A DNA stretch of 64,000 nt from Patescibacteria group bacterium (GCA_041651155.1 JBAZJU010000001.1:261596-325595), one strand, 5' to 3'; counted from the first letter of the stretch, positions 20,967 through 31,595 are shown. Notes: generated by a model from the letters alone, not told the origin. Made by a program: numbers and translations.

Positions 20967-22070
20967 ATGAAATTGAATAGAATAAATGTAATTTTCCAAA
21001 AATTTGATTGGCTGCTTTTAATCACTATTTGTCTTTTAACCATCTTGGGCCTGGTCATTATTTACAGCGTCGCCACTGGCAGCGGCACGGATCAGAGCTT
21101 AATTAATTTTAAAAAACAAGTAGCTTTTTTTATTTTAGGCATTTTTTTGCTTTTTTTTGCGGCTATTTTTTTTGATTATAGAATTTTGATAAAATATAAT
21201 TTTTTAATCTATGGGTTGGGCGTTGTTTTGCTTTTGGCTGTTTTAATTTTTGGCAGGACTATCAGAGGTACGACCGGCTGGTTTAATTTGGGAATTTTTG
21301 CTTTCCAGCCTGTTGAATTTGTTAAAATTTTCATGATTATTTATTTAAGCAAATATCTCAGTGATAAGGCCAAATACATCAGCCAATTTAAATATCTTGT
21401 GTTAAGCAGTTTGGGCGTGATTTTAGTTATGGTGCTGATTGCCCTGCAGCCTGATTTTGGCTCTGCCTTGATTATTTTTTGTTTATGGCTAGTTTTGATT
21501 TTGCTGACTGGCATAAAAAAAAGCCATCTCCTGATTTTAATTGGTTTATTCCTGATCAGCAGCGTAGTGCTATGGTTTTTTGTTTTTCAGGGTTATCAAA
21601 AAGAAAGGATAAAAGTTTTTATTGATCCCAGTCTTGATCCTCTAGGTCGGGGCTATAATGTGAGCCAGGCAATAATTGCTGTCGGCTCCGGGCAGTTATG
21701 GGGCAAAGGCCTGGCTTTTGGCTCCCAAAGCCAGCTAAAATTTTTGCCTGAAAGCCAGACTGATTTTATTTTCGCAGTCTTAGCGGAAGAATTGGGCTTG
21801 GCTGGCGTGATCCTGTTTTTAGGCTTATTAGCTTTTTTGTTTTTACGCTTAATTAAAATTGCCAAAAATTGCAGGGATAATTTTGCCATGTACATAATAG
21901 TCTCTATAATTTCACTTTTTTTTATCCAGACTATTGTTAATGTCGGCGGCAACTTGGGTATTTTGCCTTTAACCGGCATTACCTTGCCCTTTATGAGTTA
22001 TGGCGGCAGTTCCTTAATAGCTAATTTGCTTTTAATCGGGTTGGCAGAATCAATTGTTGTCCGCCAATAA
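20967..22070 (+). CDS. ftsW: SEDS-family peptidoglycan glycosyltransferase FtsW/RodA
   Basis: 367 aa polytopic membrane protein with SEDS conserved blocks. Confidence 0.8.
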   Translation: MKLNRINVIFQKFDWLLLITICLLTILGLVIIYSVATGSGTDQSLINFKKQVAFFILGIFLLFFAAIFFDYRILIKYNFLIYGLGVVLLLAVLIFGRTIRGTTGWFNLGIFAFQPVEFVKIFMIIYLSKYLSDKAKYISQFKYLVLSSLGVILVMVLIALQPDFGSALIIFCLWLVLILLTGIKKSHLLILIGLFLISSVVLWFFVFQGYQKERIKVFIDPSLDPLGRGYNVSQAIIAVGSGQLWGKGLAFGSQSQLKFLPESQTDFIFAVLAEELGLAGVILFLGLLAFLFLRLIKIAKNCRDNFAMYIIVSIISLFFIQTIVNVGGNLGILPLTGITLPFMSYGGSSLIANLLLIGLAESIVVRQ

Positions 22071-22180
22071 ATTCTTTCAATTAGCTTGTGGTTGTTGACA
22101 AATTTATAAAAATATTTTAAGATGATTAAATAAATTGCCTTTTGGCAGAAATTATTGAATGTAAAAATTAATTAAACATT

Positions 22181-22876
22181 ATGACAAATTTTTCAATTAA
22201 AGCCCAAGCCAGAGAATTAATAGGTAAAAAAGTTAAAAGTCTAAGGATTAAAGGCTTAATTCCAGCTGTTTTATTCGGGCACAACATAAAAAATCAAAAC
22301 CTTACAGTCAAGCGAAACGAATTTTTGAAAGTATATGGCCAAAGCGGCGAGAGTAATTTGGTAGATTTGCAGATTGATGAGAAAAAACCAGTTAAAATTT
22401 TGGTTCATGATTTACAAAGAGATCCGGAAAATGATGAAATAATTCATGCTGATTTTTATCAGATCAGTGAAGATGAAAAATTAAAAACAAGAGTTAAATT
22501 GGAGTTTGTCGGCGAAGCGCCGGCAGTCAAAGAATTGGGCGGCGTGCTGGTTAAAAATTTGGATGAAATTGAAATTGAATGTTTGCCTAAAGATCTGGAA
22601 CTTTTAGGTGAGTTAAAAGTTGACTTATCGTCTTTAAAAACCTTGAATTCCGCAGTTCATATTAAAGATCTGGAAGTCCCAAATCAAATTAAGATACTTG
22701 CTTCACCCGATGAAGTTGTCGCTTTGGTCGCCGAGGTCAAGGAAGAGGCTGTGGTTGAAGCGAAACCCATTGCTGAAATAGAAGTGGTGAAAAAGGAAAA
22801 GGAAGGTGAAGAAGCTAAAGAGGGGGCGGTTGGGGAGAAATCTGATGCCAAGGGCGGCAGTAATGAAAAAAAATAA
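22181..22876 (+). CDS. rplY: 50S ribosomal protein L25 (Ctc form)
   Basis: 231 aa; L25 N-domain (RIKGLIPAVLFGH) + acidic/lysine tail. Confidence 0.8.
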   Translation: MTNFSIKAQARELIGKKVKSLRIKGLIPAVLFGHNIKNQNLTVKRNEFLKVYGQSGESNLVDLQIDEKKPVKILVHDLQRDPENDEIIHADFYQISEDEKLKTRVKLEFVGEAPAVKELGGVLVKNLDEIEIECLPKDLELLGELKVDLSSLKTLNSAVHIKDLEVPNQIKILASPDEVVALVAEVKEEAVVEAKPIAEIEVVKKEKEGEEAKEGAVGEKSDAKGGSNEKK

Positions 22877-22956
22877 TTTTTTGCTTAAATATACTCCACT
22901 GGCTGGGGTATATTTAAAATATATAAAATTTTAAAATTACAGTTAGTTAAAATAAT

Positions 22957-23988
22957 ATGAAAAAACTTTTTTATCTTATTTTGGCTCTGAGCATTCTCGG
23001 GCTCAGCGGCTGCGAATTAGTCAGGATTTTAAACTACAAAATGATCAGCAGTCCGAATTTAGTTTTGAGGCAAAATATTGAACCGGAGATAATTCGCCGT
23101 AAAATTGACGGCCAGGAAGTAAAATCAGAAGCTGAGGCAAATTTATATCCAGTGGCCATCATGGTTGAGAATGCCGCTGATTCATGGCCAGCCAGCGGAT
23201 TGGATAAAGCAAATTTAGTATTTGAAGCCATTACCGAAGGGTCTATTCCGCGTTTTGTGGCGCTCTATGCGAATTCTGAGGAAATAAAAAAAATCGGGCC
23301 AGTGCGTTCTGCCAGGCCATATTATTTAGACTGGATAGATCCTTATGAACCACTTTATCTCCATGTCGGCGGATCTCCCGATGCTTTGGCTAAAATAAAA
23401 AGCGGCAATTGTGCTCTTACTGATTTGAATCAATTTTGGAATGCCCAAAACTTTTGGCGGGATAAATGGCGCTATGCTCCGCACAATGTTTATACTTCTT
23501 CGGAATTGATTAAACAGGCATTGGCAGATAAAGAATTAACTGCGCCAACTGATTATCAGACGTGGCCCTATAAAAAAGATTTAGAATTAGAAAAACGGCC
23601 GGAGCAGGTTAATGACATTGCTATTAATTATGCCCAGCAATATTACAAAGTAAGATGGCAGTATAATCGCGAGGAAAATAATTATATCCGTTATCAAAAT
23701 GGCGATATCCATAAAATGAGCGATGGGGAATGGATTAAAGCCAAAAATGTAATTGTCCAGGTCAATGATATGATCGTGCTTGATGAGGTGGGCCGAAAAA
23801 AAATCACCACCACTGGCGAAGGCAAAGCCTGGATTTTTAGAGACGGCGAAACTACTGCCGGCCAATGGAAGAAAGATGATATAAAATCAATCATAAAATA
23901 TTACGATAATAATGGCAAAGAAATTGAATTAAATGGCGGCACGACTTGGGTAGAAGTAATTCCCAACGAAGATTTCTTAAGATATTGA
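22957..23988 (+). CDS. DUF3048-domain lipoprotein (YerB-like)
   Basis: lipobox LSGC; PVAIMVENAADSWPASGL...FEAITEGSIPRFVALY typical of DUF3048. Confidence 0.55.
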   Translation: MKKLFYLILALSILGLSGCELVRILNYKMISSPNLVLRQNIEPEIIRRKIDGQEVKSEAEANLYPVAIMVENAADSWPASGLDKANLVFEAITEGSIPRFVALYANSEEIKKIGPVRSARPYYLDWIDPYEPLYLHVGGSPDALAKIKSGNCALTDLNQFWNAQNFWRDKWRYAPHNVYTSSELIKQALADKELTAPTDYQTWPYKKDLELEKRPEQVNDIAINYAQQYYKVRWQYNREENNYIRYQNGDIHKMSDGEWIKAKNVIVQVNDMIVLDEVGRKKITTTGEGKAWIFRDGETTAGQWKKDDIKSIIKYYDNNGKEIELNGGTTWVEVIPNEDFLRY

Positions 23989-24157
23989 TGCTGAATTACG
24001 AAGTCAGAATTATGAATTATGAGATATGAGATATGAAATTTGGTAGTTTTAAAATTCCTAAAATCCGGGAATTTTTTATTTAGATCAAGATTGACATTTA
24101 GTTTGTGTTGTGCTAAATTTTAGTAAAATAAATTTAAAAAACAAGGAGGTGATTTTC

Positions 24158-24592
24158 TTGGAGGAAAGAAAATTTAAAGTATCAGCGCATATCAGAGTAA
24201 AATCCGATGTGCAATCCGGCATTACTATTGCGCCACCAATGGAAACAAAGATAGATAGTTATATCCAGCCCTTGGCCAGATTATTTCAGCACGTAAAAGC
24301 AGAATTTGAAGAGAATTTCAAGGGCATTAAAGTGGCTGAAGTAACTAATATCAGAATTAGCATAAGCCAGGAAAGACAATTTGCACTAAGCGCGCATCTA
24401 TTTGTCCAAATACCGGAATTGTTTACCTGTTCAATTGATAAAAAAACCGGCGATCAAAAATTTGAACTAAGCCGGCTCTTTGAGCAATTTGAAGAGGTGG
24501 CAAAAACTCTTTACTCTGACTTTGAAGCGATCGTTTATTTAAGGGTTTTGCCCATAAACAAATTGGGCGAATCCACTGGAATTAAATTTTAA
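24158..24592 (+). CDS. hypothetical protein (probable TTG start)
   Basis: RBS aaggaggtg 6 nt before TTG at 24158; track ORF begins at 24110 without RBS. Confidence 0.4.
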   Translation: MEERKFKVSAHIRVKSDVQSGITIAPPMETKIDSYIQPLARLFQHVKAEFEENFKGIKVAEVTNIRISISQERQFALSAHLFVQIPELFTCSIDKKTGDQKFELSRLFEQFEEVAKTLYSDFEAIVYLRVLPINKLGESTGIKF

Positions 24593-24651
24593 AAACCTTT
24601 TGGGCTTAAGGAAGCGAAAAGGTTTTTTAAAATAGGAAGAAATTTTAAGTT

Positions 24652-24722
24652 TTATTTTGTAATGGCAAGAGCCCGATCATGTCCGCAAAAATCCTTTATG
24701 ACTTTAAATTTATATTTTGGGC
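24652..24722 (-). pseudogene. remnant of a prmC 3' end (about 23 codons, PKYKFKVIKDFCGHDRALAITK*)
   Basis: translated minus strand closely matches the C-terminus of the intact prmC (PKYKVQIIKDLCGHDRAVIISKF*). Confidence 0.45.
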
Positions 24723-24834
24723 CGTTATTTTTATTCTCAATAAAAGCAATTGAATTGTGTTGACTTAATAATTTAAAATAGTTAAGATGTGCTTAGGATT
24801 TAATGCCGAGTACTTTAAAAAGGAGGAAACTGAG

Positions 24835-25365
24835 ATGTCAATAACTGAGCTAAAAAAACCCGGTGAGATTGTAAATTTTAAAATCACCAAACCTGACTCA
24901 AAAAAAATTTATTGGGTGCAAGCCCTGGTCAATGGCGTTTACGGGGATAATCTGGTAATTGAGGGAGGATGGTTTGTCCTGGAGGGCAAAAAATGGTATC
25001 CGGTCAATTGCGGTCATCAATATGAAATAGGAACAACGCCACCCCAACTTTTCCCCACTGCTAAATTATTAAAAACAGGGATTGATTTTCCTCCAGAGAT
25101 TCCCAAGATTAACCAGGCAGTAAAGATTAGCTGGGATGAACCCACTATTCCCGATAAATTTGATTCATTTGAAATCGGTTCCCTGGTGCGAGTCAGGCAA
25201 AAGATTTGCCTTAAAGGCAAAGAAGACATCGTATTGATTGATGTCACAAATCCTCGCCAGGTCGGGTATTCAAATAAACCGCAACGAGTATTTTTTGCCA
25301 AAAACAAATTTTTCGTTAATGACTTTCGAGGGCGAAGTTGTCCTGCGGAAATAACGCTTCTCTGA
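24835..25365 (+). CDS. hypothetical protein (inserted between the prmC remnant and prmC)
   Basis: RBS aaaaggagg + ATG at 24835; TTGACT-N17-TAAGAT promoter at about 24762-24790. Confidence 0.5.
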   Translation: MSITELKKPGEIVNFKITKPDSKKIYWVQALVNGVYGDNLVIEGGWFVLEGKKWYPVNCGHQYEIGTTPPQLFPTAKLLKTGIDFPPEIPKINQAVKISWDEPTIPDKFDSFEIGSLVRVRQKICLKGKEDIVLIDVTNPRQVGYSNKPQRVFFAKNKFFVNDFRGRSCPAEITLL

Positions 25366-25397
25366 AAGCAAAAAAAGGCCTCAGCAAATGGGGTCTT

Positions 25398-26282
25398 TTA
25401 AAATTTTGAAATTATTACTGCGCGATCATGGCCGCAAAGATCTTTTATGATTTGAACTTTGTATTTTGGCAAGGCTTGCTTAGCCAGATTTTTAATTCTT
25501 TGTCCTTGTTTGTGTCCGATTTCCAGAAAAATCGCTTTTGGTTTTAAATTATATTTTTGCACCTGGGCAAAGAGCTGACGAAAATATTTTAAGCCGTCAG
25601 ATCCGCCGTCATAAGCTAGTTTGGGCTCAAATTTTAAGCCAATTGTATCTGAGGAGGGGAGAAGGTTCTCTTCTTTTTTATCAAGGTAGGGGAGGTTGGC
25701 TGTGATGATGGAATTCTGAATGACGAAAGCCGAATTCTGAATTTTGTTAAGTGGTTGGAGAAGATTGCCCTTGAGAAACTTAATTTTTGCTTTATTGTCT
25801 TTGGCATTTTGTTTGGCGATATTTAAAGCTTTGGCTGAAATGTCTGTGGCAAGAAATTTAGTGTTTTGGATGTTTTTAGCTAAGGCAATGATAATTGCGC
25901 CTGAACCGACTCCTATTTCAATAATTCCGATTACGGATTGCTGATTACGGATTGCTGATTTGTGGTATTTAATTATTTCTTCAACCAAGATTTCTGTTTC
26001 TGGGCGGGGGATGAGGACGTTTCTATTAACTTTAAAGTCAAGGCCGTAGAATTCCTTATGCCCGAGAATATAGGCGATTGGCTCGCCTTTGAAACGGCGT
26101 CTAAACAATTTTTTAAATTGGTTAAATTGAGAATTTGTTAATTTTTTTTCTGGGTATTCAAAAAGATATTCTTTGGGTTTGGTCAAAACTTTTGTTAAAA
26201 GAAGTTCAATATCTAAAATTGGGCTGCTTGATTTCGCTTTTAAGTGTGCTGAATAAATTTTGATAATTTGTTTGATTTGCAT
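25398..26282 (-). CDS. prmC: release-factor glutamine N5-methyltransferase PrmC/HemK
   Basis: SAM motif IIEIGVGSGAI and NLPY (NPPY-like) motif; start taken at MQIKQII (track start 26333 lies inside repeat element T1). Confidence 0.7.
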   Translation of the reverse strand: MQIKQIIKIYSAHLKAKSSSPILDIELLLTKVLTKPKEYLFEYPEKKLTNSQFNQFKKLFRRRFKGEPIAYILGHKEFYGLDFKVNRNVLIPRPETEILVEEIIKYHKSAIRNQQSVIGIIEIGVGSGAIIIALAKNIQNTKFLATDISAKALNIAKQNAKDNKAKIKFLKGNLLQPLNKIQNSAFVIQNSIITANLPYLDKKEENLLPSSDTIGLKFEPKLAYDGGSDGLKYFRQLFAQVQKYNLKPKAIFLEIGHKQGQRIKNLAKQALPKYKVQIIKDLCGHDRAVIISKF

Positions 26283-26286
26283 ATAA

Positions 26287-26386
26287 CGATTGTAAAACGG
26301 TTGTAAGATTGTAGTAATACAGTTGTAGGACATTGTAAAACAATTGTATTACTATGTCTTACTATTATCTTACAATCACCAATTTA
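26287..26386. repeat. TTGTAAGACAA-unit palindromic element T1
   Basis: gattgtaaaacggttgtaagattgtag...tgtcttactattatcttacaatc; direct units then their reverse complements. Confidence 0.6.
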
Positions 26387-27457
26387 TTCATCAGCTTCTT
26401 TGAGGGCATTAATTATTGGCGCAAGATCTCCATCCAAAATTTTCGGCATATTGTGCCAGCTTTCTTTGATGCGATGATCCGTAATTCTGTCCTGAGGAAA
26501 ATTATAGGTCCTGATTTTTTCCGCGCGCATGGCAGTGCCGATTTGGATTTTTCTTTTGGCTCTGAGTTCTTTCATCTTTTTTTCTTCTTCATAGGCAAAG
26601 AGGCGTGAACGCAGAATTTCCATGGCTTTTTCTCTGTTTTGCAATTGAGATCTTTCATCCTGGCAGGAAACTACGATGCCAGAAGGATTATGCACGATTC
26701 TAACAGCTGAATATGTGGTGTTAACACTTTGCCCGCCGTGGCCGCCTGAGCAAAAAGTATCAATTCTTAAATCTTTCGGGTCAATTTTAAAGTCCACCTC
26801 TTCAATAATCGGCAAAACTGCGACTGAAGCAGTTGAGGTATGGACACGGCCGCTTTTTTCAGTTGCCGGCACTCTTTGGACTCTATGAACGCCGCTTTCA
26901 TATTTCATGTCTCCGTAAACATCATGCCCTTTGATTTCAGCAATGACTTCTTTCAGGCCGCCGATTCCAATTTGATTGGACGAAAGCATTTGCACGCTCC
27001 AGCTTTTGCTTTCCGCATAACGGGAATACATGCGAAAAAGTTCAGCGGCAAATAAAGCTGCTTCATCTCCGCCTGCGCCAGCTCTTATTTCTAAAATCAC
27101 ATCTTTTTTATCATGCGGATCTTTGGGCTTGAGAAATAATTTGATTTCATTTTCAATTTTTGCTTTTTCAGGAATAAGCTTGGACAGCTCTGATTCAGCC
27201 AGTTCTTTTAACTCTTTTATTTTCAATGATTCATTGGCCTCATCAATGCCCTGATCAATTTTTTGCAATCTAATGATTTTTTTGTATACGTCATTATAAT
27301 CTGCAAATTCACGGCTGATTTTTTTATATTCTGCCGCATTATTAATAATAGCAGGATCCTGGAGCTGCTTTTGGAGTTGGTTGTATTTGTCTAGGATTTT
27401 TTGATATTCAGGGTTGTTCATAGGATGTGGAATATCTGAAACACGGATTAATTTCAC
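26384..27457 (-). CDS. prfA: peptide chain release factor 1
   Basis: GGQ motif ([12 protein letters not shown]) and PAT tripeptide (RF1-type). Confidence 0.9.
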   Translation of the reverse strand: MKLIRVSDIPHPMNNPEYQKILDKYNQLQKQLQDPAIINNAAEYKKISREFADYNDVYKKIIRLQKIDQGIDEANESLKIKELKELAESELSKLIPEKAKIENEIKLFLKPKDPHDKKDVILEIRAGAGGDEAALFAAELFRMYSRYAESKSWSVQMLSSNQIGIGGLKEVIAEIKGHDVYGDMKYESGVHRVQRVPATEKSGRVHTSTASVAVLPIIEEVDFKIDPKDLRIDTFCSGGHGGQSVNTTYSAVRIVHNPSGIVVSCQDERSQLQNREKAMEILRSRLFAYEEEKKMKELRAKRKIQIGTAMRAEKIRTYNFPQDRITDHRIKESWHNMPKILDGDLAPIINALKEADE

Positions 27458-27674
27458 AGATTAACACTGATAAATAATTCTCGTTGGTATCTGTGAAATC
27501 AGCCCGCCTTGCTCGCTATTAATTCGGATTATTAAGAAAATAAAGGGATCAAGGCAAGCGAGGCAGGTGATAAAAAATCCGTGGTTTTATTATAACACAA
27601 AACCCCCATTTAGTCGGGGGTTATGTTTTATAACAATAACCTCCTTCGCGTAAAAACGAAGGTAGGGGTAGTAG

Positions 27675-27959
27675 TTATTTTTTTGTTTTCTTGGCTTTTT
27701 TCGCAGACTGGGCAGCTTTTTTAACCTTTTTGCCTTTTCTGGCAATGGCTAATTCAGCTTTTTTTGCCACTCTTTGTTTGAATCTATCAACGCGGCCGGC
27801 AGTGTCAACCAGCTTTTGTTTGCCGGTATAAAATGGATGGCAAGCTGAACAAAGTTCAACTTGTATTTCAGGCGCAGTTGAGCCCACTATAAATTCATTG
27901 CCGCAGGCGCAAATTACCTTGGCTTTGTCATAGTATTTCGGATGGATTTCTTTTTTCAT
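27675..27959 (-). CDS. rpmE: 50S ribosomal protein L31 (with Lys-rich C-terminal tail)
   Basis: [10 protein letters not shown]...CxC...[13 protein letters not shown]. Confidence 0.8.
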   Translation of the reverse strand: MKKEIHPKYYDKAKVICACGNEFIVGSTAPEIQVELCSACHPFYTGKQKLVDTAGRVDRFKQRVAKKAELAIARKGKKVKKAAQSAKKAKKTKK

Positions 27960-29079
27960 AATGGTGATTAATTTTTGAATATATTAAACTTATCATAAAA
28001 AATAATATTTGGCAAGTAGGTGTACAAGATGAGTACATAGGTAACACTTTAGAATATTGAAGGGGTGTTTGGTAATTTAAGGAATAATGAGGCCTGCGGA
28101 AATTGTATTCAATAAGCCATTCGGTCAAGGCCTTGTTGAATTGCTTAACATCGGGATTAAAGTTACCCATGTCCAGAAATTCAGTTTCCAACGTCTGGTT
28201 AAACCTTTCACAGTCGGGGTTGTCCTTTGGGGTTCTGATTCTGCTGAAGTACTGCTTGATGCCAAGCTTCAGGCAAGCCTGTTGAAAGTACTTTTTAAAT
28301 TCAGTTCCGTTATCATGGCCGACTCGGGGAATCTGTCCATCCAGCAAATAATTGAACCTGTAAAGAAAATCCTCTCCATTTTTTGAAGTCTTGGTATGAT
28401 AGGATCTGGCATAAGCAAATTTACCATATTTATCTATCGCTGTAAAAACATAACGCTTTAATTTCAGCCGGTAAATTGTAATCGTATCAAGGCAAATGAT
28501 ATACCCCGCTTTTTTCTTGTAACTCGGCAGCTTGCCCACTAGTTCGATTGTTCTTTTCTTCCTCCCCATTTTCTTCGTTTGAGCCCGTTTTTTGCTGGTT
28601 TTATCCGTTTTGGAGTGATTGTAATACAAGCGGTACTTTTTGATTGTATACTGGACTTTCCAGGCGCTGATTTTGACCCCGAATTCACTCTCGTAAATCC
28701 TAGCAATTTTTTCCTTGCCGTACCTGATACGATCTTTGCGTAAGGCAATAATCCTGCTTTCTTCTAAAGGCGTAATTTCTCTGTGCCGAACATGCTTAGG
28801 CGCTCGGGATCTGTCTGCCAGCTTGTATAGGCTGTAAAGGTTGTCTTCATCAAATTCCTTAAACCATTTGTAGAATGTTTTAGGGGCGATGTCAAAATGG
28901 CGGCTGGTTTCCGCGGGGCTATGGTCATAGCTGTAAATTATCCAATCAAGACGCTGCTTTGCCTCTTTTGAGACCTTAAGTATCTTGGCTACCTTACGCC
29001 ATCTTTCAAATTTATTTAAAAGCTTTATTTCGGGAACAAGATAATATGGAGCTATTTTTTTAACATGTGGTGCTAGCAT
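27928..29079 (-). CDS. IS481-family DDE (rve) transposase
   Basis: N-terminal HTH with YKWFKEF...[10 protein letters not shown]...SP; DDE core DNGTEF ... [16 protein letters not shown]; ORF has no stop inside the IS and runs about 31 codons past the IR into the rpmE start. Confidence 0.8.
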   Translation of the reverse strand: MLAPHVKKIAPYYLVPEIKLLNKFERWRKVAKILKVSKEAKQRLDWIIYSYDHSPAETSRHFDIAPKTFYKWFKEFDEDNLYSLYKLADRSRAPKHVRHREITPLEESRIIALRKDRIRYGKEKIARIYESEFGVKISAWKVQYTIKKYRLYYNHSKTDKTSKKRAQTKKMGRKKRTIELVGKLPSYKKKAGYIICLDTITIYRLKLKRYVFTAIDKYGKFAYARSYHTKTSKNGEDFLYRFNYLLDGQIPRVGHDNGTEFKKYFQQACLKLGIKQYFSRIRTPKDNPDCERFNQTLETEFLDMGNFNPDVKQFNKALTEWLIEYNFRRPHYSLNYQTPLQYSKVLPMYSSCTPTCQILFFMISLIYSKINHHYEKRNPSEIL

Positions 29080-29171
29080 AGTTGATGAGATTAGGTATTT
29101 AACCCTTCATTTTGCCCTTTTTGCCTATTTTAGGCAATCTAGAAGTGTTACCTATGTATCTCATCTTCCGC
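28021..29171 (-). mobile_element. IS481-family insertion sequence (about 1.15 kb) with about 28-bp imperfect terminal inverted repeats
   Basis: IR caagatgagtacataggtaacactt at about 28024-28050 matches reverse complement of about 29140-29168; possible 8-9-bp direct repeat gcaagtagg / gcagtagg flanking. Confidence 0.65.
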
Positions 29172-29358
29172 AGTAGGCAAGATGATTGAGGCTAAAATTT
29201 GTGGGAATAAACTGCTTAAGCCTTGCATCAATTTTGTTTCTGTGATAAGATTCAAATCAAGTTTTATTTAATTTTAATTACTCATTTAATCTCCCACATC
29301 TGGTATTTTTCCTTGCCCTAATCGGGTGAAGCCGGATGGAGGTTAGAAAGGAAAAACT

Positions 29359-30066
29359 ATGACAAAAATCCCTGATATTTTGGAGCTTTTAAAGGCAGGC
29401 GCGCATTTTGGCCATCAATCATCTCGCTGGCACCCAAAAATGGAACCTTATATTTTTGGCGTTCGCAACGGCGTTCATATTATTGATCTAGAAAAAACAG
29501 CTCAAAAATTGCAAGAAGCCCAGGATTTTATTAAAAAGGTAGTTTCTAATAATGGGACTATTTTATTTTTGGGCACAAAAAGACAAGTTCAGCCGATTTT
29601 AGAGCGTGAAGCAAAAAGATGCGGCATGCCATATATCAGCCAGCGCTGGATCGGCGGCTTTTTAACTAATTTCCCAGTGGTCATTAAATTGACCAAAAAA
29701 TATAAAGATCTGGTTAAAAAAAGAGATAGCGGTGAATTAAGCAAATACACTAAAAAAGAACAGATTAATTTTGAAAAAGAAATCGCCAAGCTTGAGTCAA
29801 TGGTTTATGGTGTCAAAGATATTGAAAAAATCCCTGATGTAATTTTTATCTGGGATGTAAAAACTGAGAAAACAGCGGTTAAAGAGTCAAAAGTAAAACA
29901 CGTGCCAATTATCGGCATTTGCGATACCAATACCAATCCTGAAGACATTGCTTGCGTTATTCCGATCAATGATGATGCGACCAAAACCATTGAATTGGTT
30001 ATGACTTATATTGCTGATTGCGTGATTGATGCCAAGGGCAAAGTCGCAGAACCAGAGAAAAAATAA
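29359..30066 (+). CDS. rpsB: 30S ribosomal protein S2
   Basis: 235 aa; LLKAGAHFGHQSSRWHPKM. Confidence 0.9.
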   Translation: MTKIPDILELLKAGAHFGHQSSRWHPKMEPYIFGVRNGVHIIDLEKTAQKLQEAQDFIKKVVSNNGTILFLGTKRQVQPILEREAKRCGMPYISQRWIGGFLTNFPVVIKLTKKYKDLVKKRDSGELSKYTKKEQINFEKEIAKLESMVYGVKDIEKIPDVIFIWDVKTEKTAVKESKVKHVPIIGICDTNTNPEDIACVIPINDDATKTIELVMTYIADCVIDAKGKVAEPEKK

Positions 30067-30091
30067 AAACTAAATATTAATTTTAAAAAAT

Positions 30092-30679
30092 ATGAAAATT
30101 GATTTGGAATTAATTACAAAATTAAGAAATCAGACTGGTGCTGGCGTGGTTGATTGCCGGGAAGCTTTGATTGAAGCTGAAGGAGATATAGACAAAGCCA
30201 TTGCTATCTTAAGAAAAAAAGGCGCAAAAATCGCCAGTAAAAGAGAGGCTAAAGAGGCGAGTGAAGGCATTATTTATGCTTATATCCATGCTAATGGCAG
30301 AGTTGGAGCTTTGGTGGAATTAAAATGTGAAACAGATTTTGTCGCCCAAAACCAGGAATTTAAAAATTTAGCCCATGACCTGGCCCTGCAGATTGCCGCT
30401 CAAAGCCCGTTATATGTTGCGCCTGAAGATGTGCCAGAAGAAATATTGAACAAAGAAAAAGATCTTTATAAAGAGCAATTAATACTTGAAGGCAAGTCTG
30501 AAAAAATGCTGGATAAGATAATTGAAGGCAAAATAAATAAATGGCATGAAGATGTCTGCCTGCTCAAGCAATCTTTTATTAAAAATGAAGATATTACCAT
30601 TGAGGATTTGATAAATGAAAAAATTGCCAGTTTAGGTGAAAAGATCAAAGTCGGCGGTTTTTGCCGCAAACAAATTTAA
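30092..30679 (+). CDS. tsf: elongation factor Ts
   Basis: 195 aa; LRNQTGAGVVDCREAL UBA-like N-terminus. Confidence 0.85.
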   Translation: MKIDLELITKLRNQTGAGVVDCREALIEAEGDIDKAIAILRKKGAKIASKREAKEASEGIIYAYIHANGRVGALVELKCETDFVAQNQEFKNLAHDLALQIAAQSPLYVAPEDVPEEILNKEKDLYKEQLILEGKSEKMLDKIIEGKINKWHEDVCLLKQSFIKNEDITIEDLINEKIASLGEKIKVGGFCRKQI

Positions 30680-30800
30680 AACACTGATTTTGTTCACAGA
30701 TTGACACTGATATTTGTAAATATCCATGATAATAATCAGCGGTTCCAGGTTTTTATCATATGCAGATTCGTGATTTATTCGTTAAATTCGCATTATATTT

Positions 30801-31595
30801 ATGAAGATAGCTGAAGTCCAATTTAATTTATGGGAAACGCCAGGCCAATTTTTATTAAACGAATTGGATTTAAAAATTGGCGATTATGTAATTGTGGAAA
30901 CTGACACAGCAGTTGAAATAGGAAAAATTATTGAAATTAAAGAAATGGATGATAAAACAGCAACTCAGTCAGTTACCCCGATAAGCAGAAAAGCCACCTT
31001 AGCTGATTTGGAAAGTCTGGAAAAATATGAAAAGAGCAAAGAAGAGACGATGGATATCTGCAAAAAAATGATAATCAAAAACCAGCTGGCAATGAAGCTG
31101 ATTGACATCCATTATTCTTTTGATGATAAGAGAATTACCTTTGCCTTTATTGCTAATGGCCGCGTTGATTTCCGGCCTTTGGTCAAAGATTTAACCAGGC
31201 AATTTCAAAAAAATATTCGCCTTCAGCAGCTCGGGGTTAGAGATGAGGCCAAAATTGACGGCGATATCGGCGCTTGCGGGATTGATCAGTGCTGCAAAAC
31301 GCACCTCAAAGTTTTAGGCAATGTGAGCGCTGACCAGGCGCAATTGCAGCAAGTTTCTCATCGCGGGGCAGAAAGATTATCAGGCATCTGTGGCCGTTTA
31401 AAATGCTGCCTGCGTTATGAAAATGATTTGTATAAAGAATTATCAGCCAAATTTCCAGCCATTGGCAGTAAAGTTAAAACCCCGCGAGGCAAGGGTGAAG
31501 TGGTAGATTGGCATATTTTAAAACAAACAGTAAATGTCAGGCTGGCCGATGATCCTGATTCAATTGTTGATGTGCCTATTGATAAAATTAGTTAA
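30801..31595 (+). CDS. PSP1-domain protein (RicT/YaaT-like)
   Basis: GDYVIVETDTAVEIGKI N-terminus and CGRLKCCLRYE cysteine motif. Confidence 0.6.
   Translation: MKIAEVQFNLWETPGQFLLNELDLKIGDYVIVETDTAVEIGKIIEIKEMDDKTATQSVTPISRKATLADLESLEKYEKSKEETMDICKKMIIKNQLAMKLIDIHYSFDDKRITFAFIANGRVDFRPLVKDLTRQFQKNIRLQQLGVRDEAKIDGDIGACGIDQCCKTHLKVLGNVSADQAQLQQVSHRGAERLSGICGRLKCCLRYENDLYKELSAKFPAIGSKVKTPRGKGEVVDWHILKQTVNVRLADDPDSIVDVPIDKIS

Noticed and set aside
26384-27457. Possible alternative genetic code (UGA recoding, as in some CPR lineages)
   Set aside because: RF1 is present and ORFs are full length with the standard code. TGA terminates several well-supported genes cleanly (gap, hydD, the 39996-40775 ORF). 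There is no evidence for recoding.
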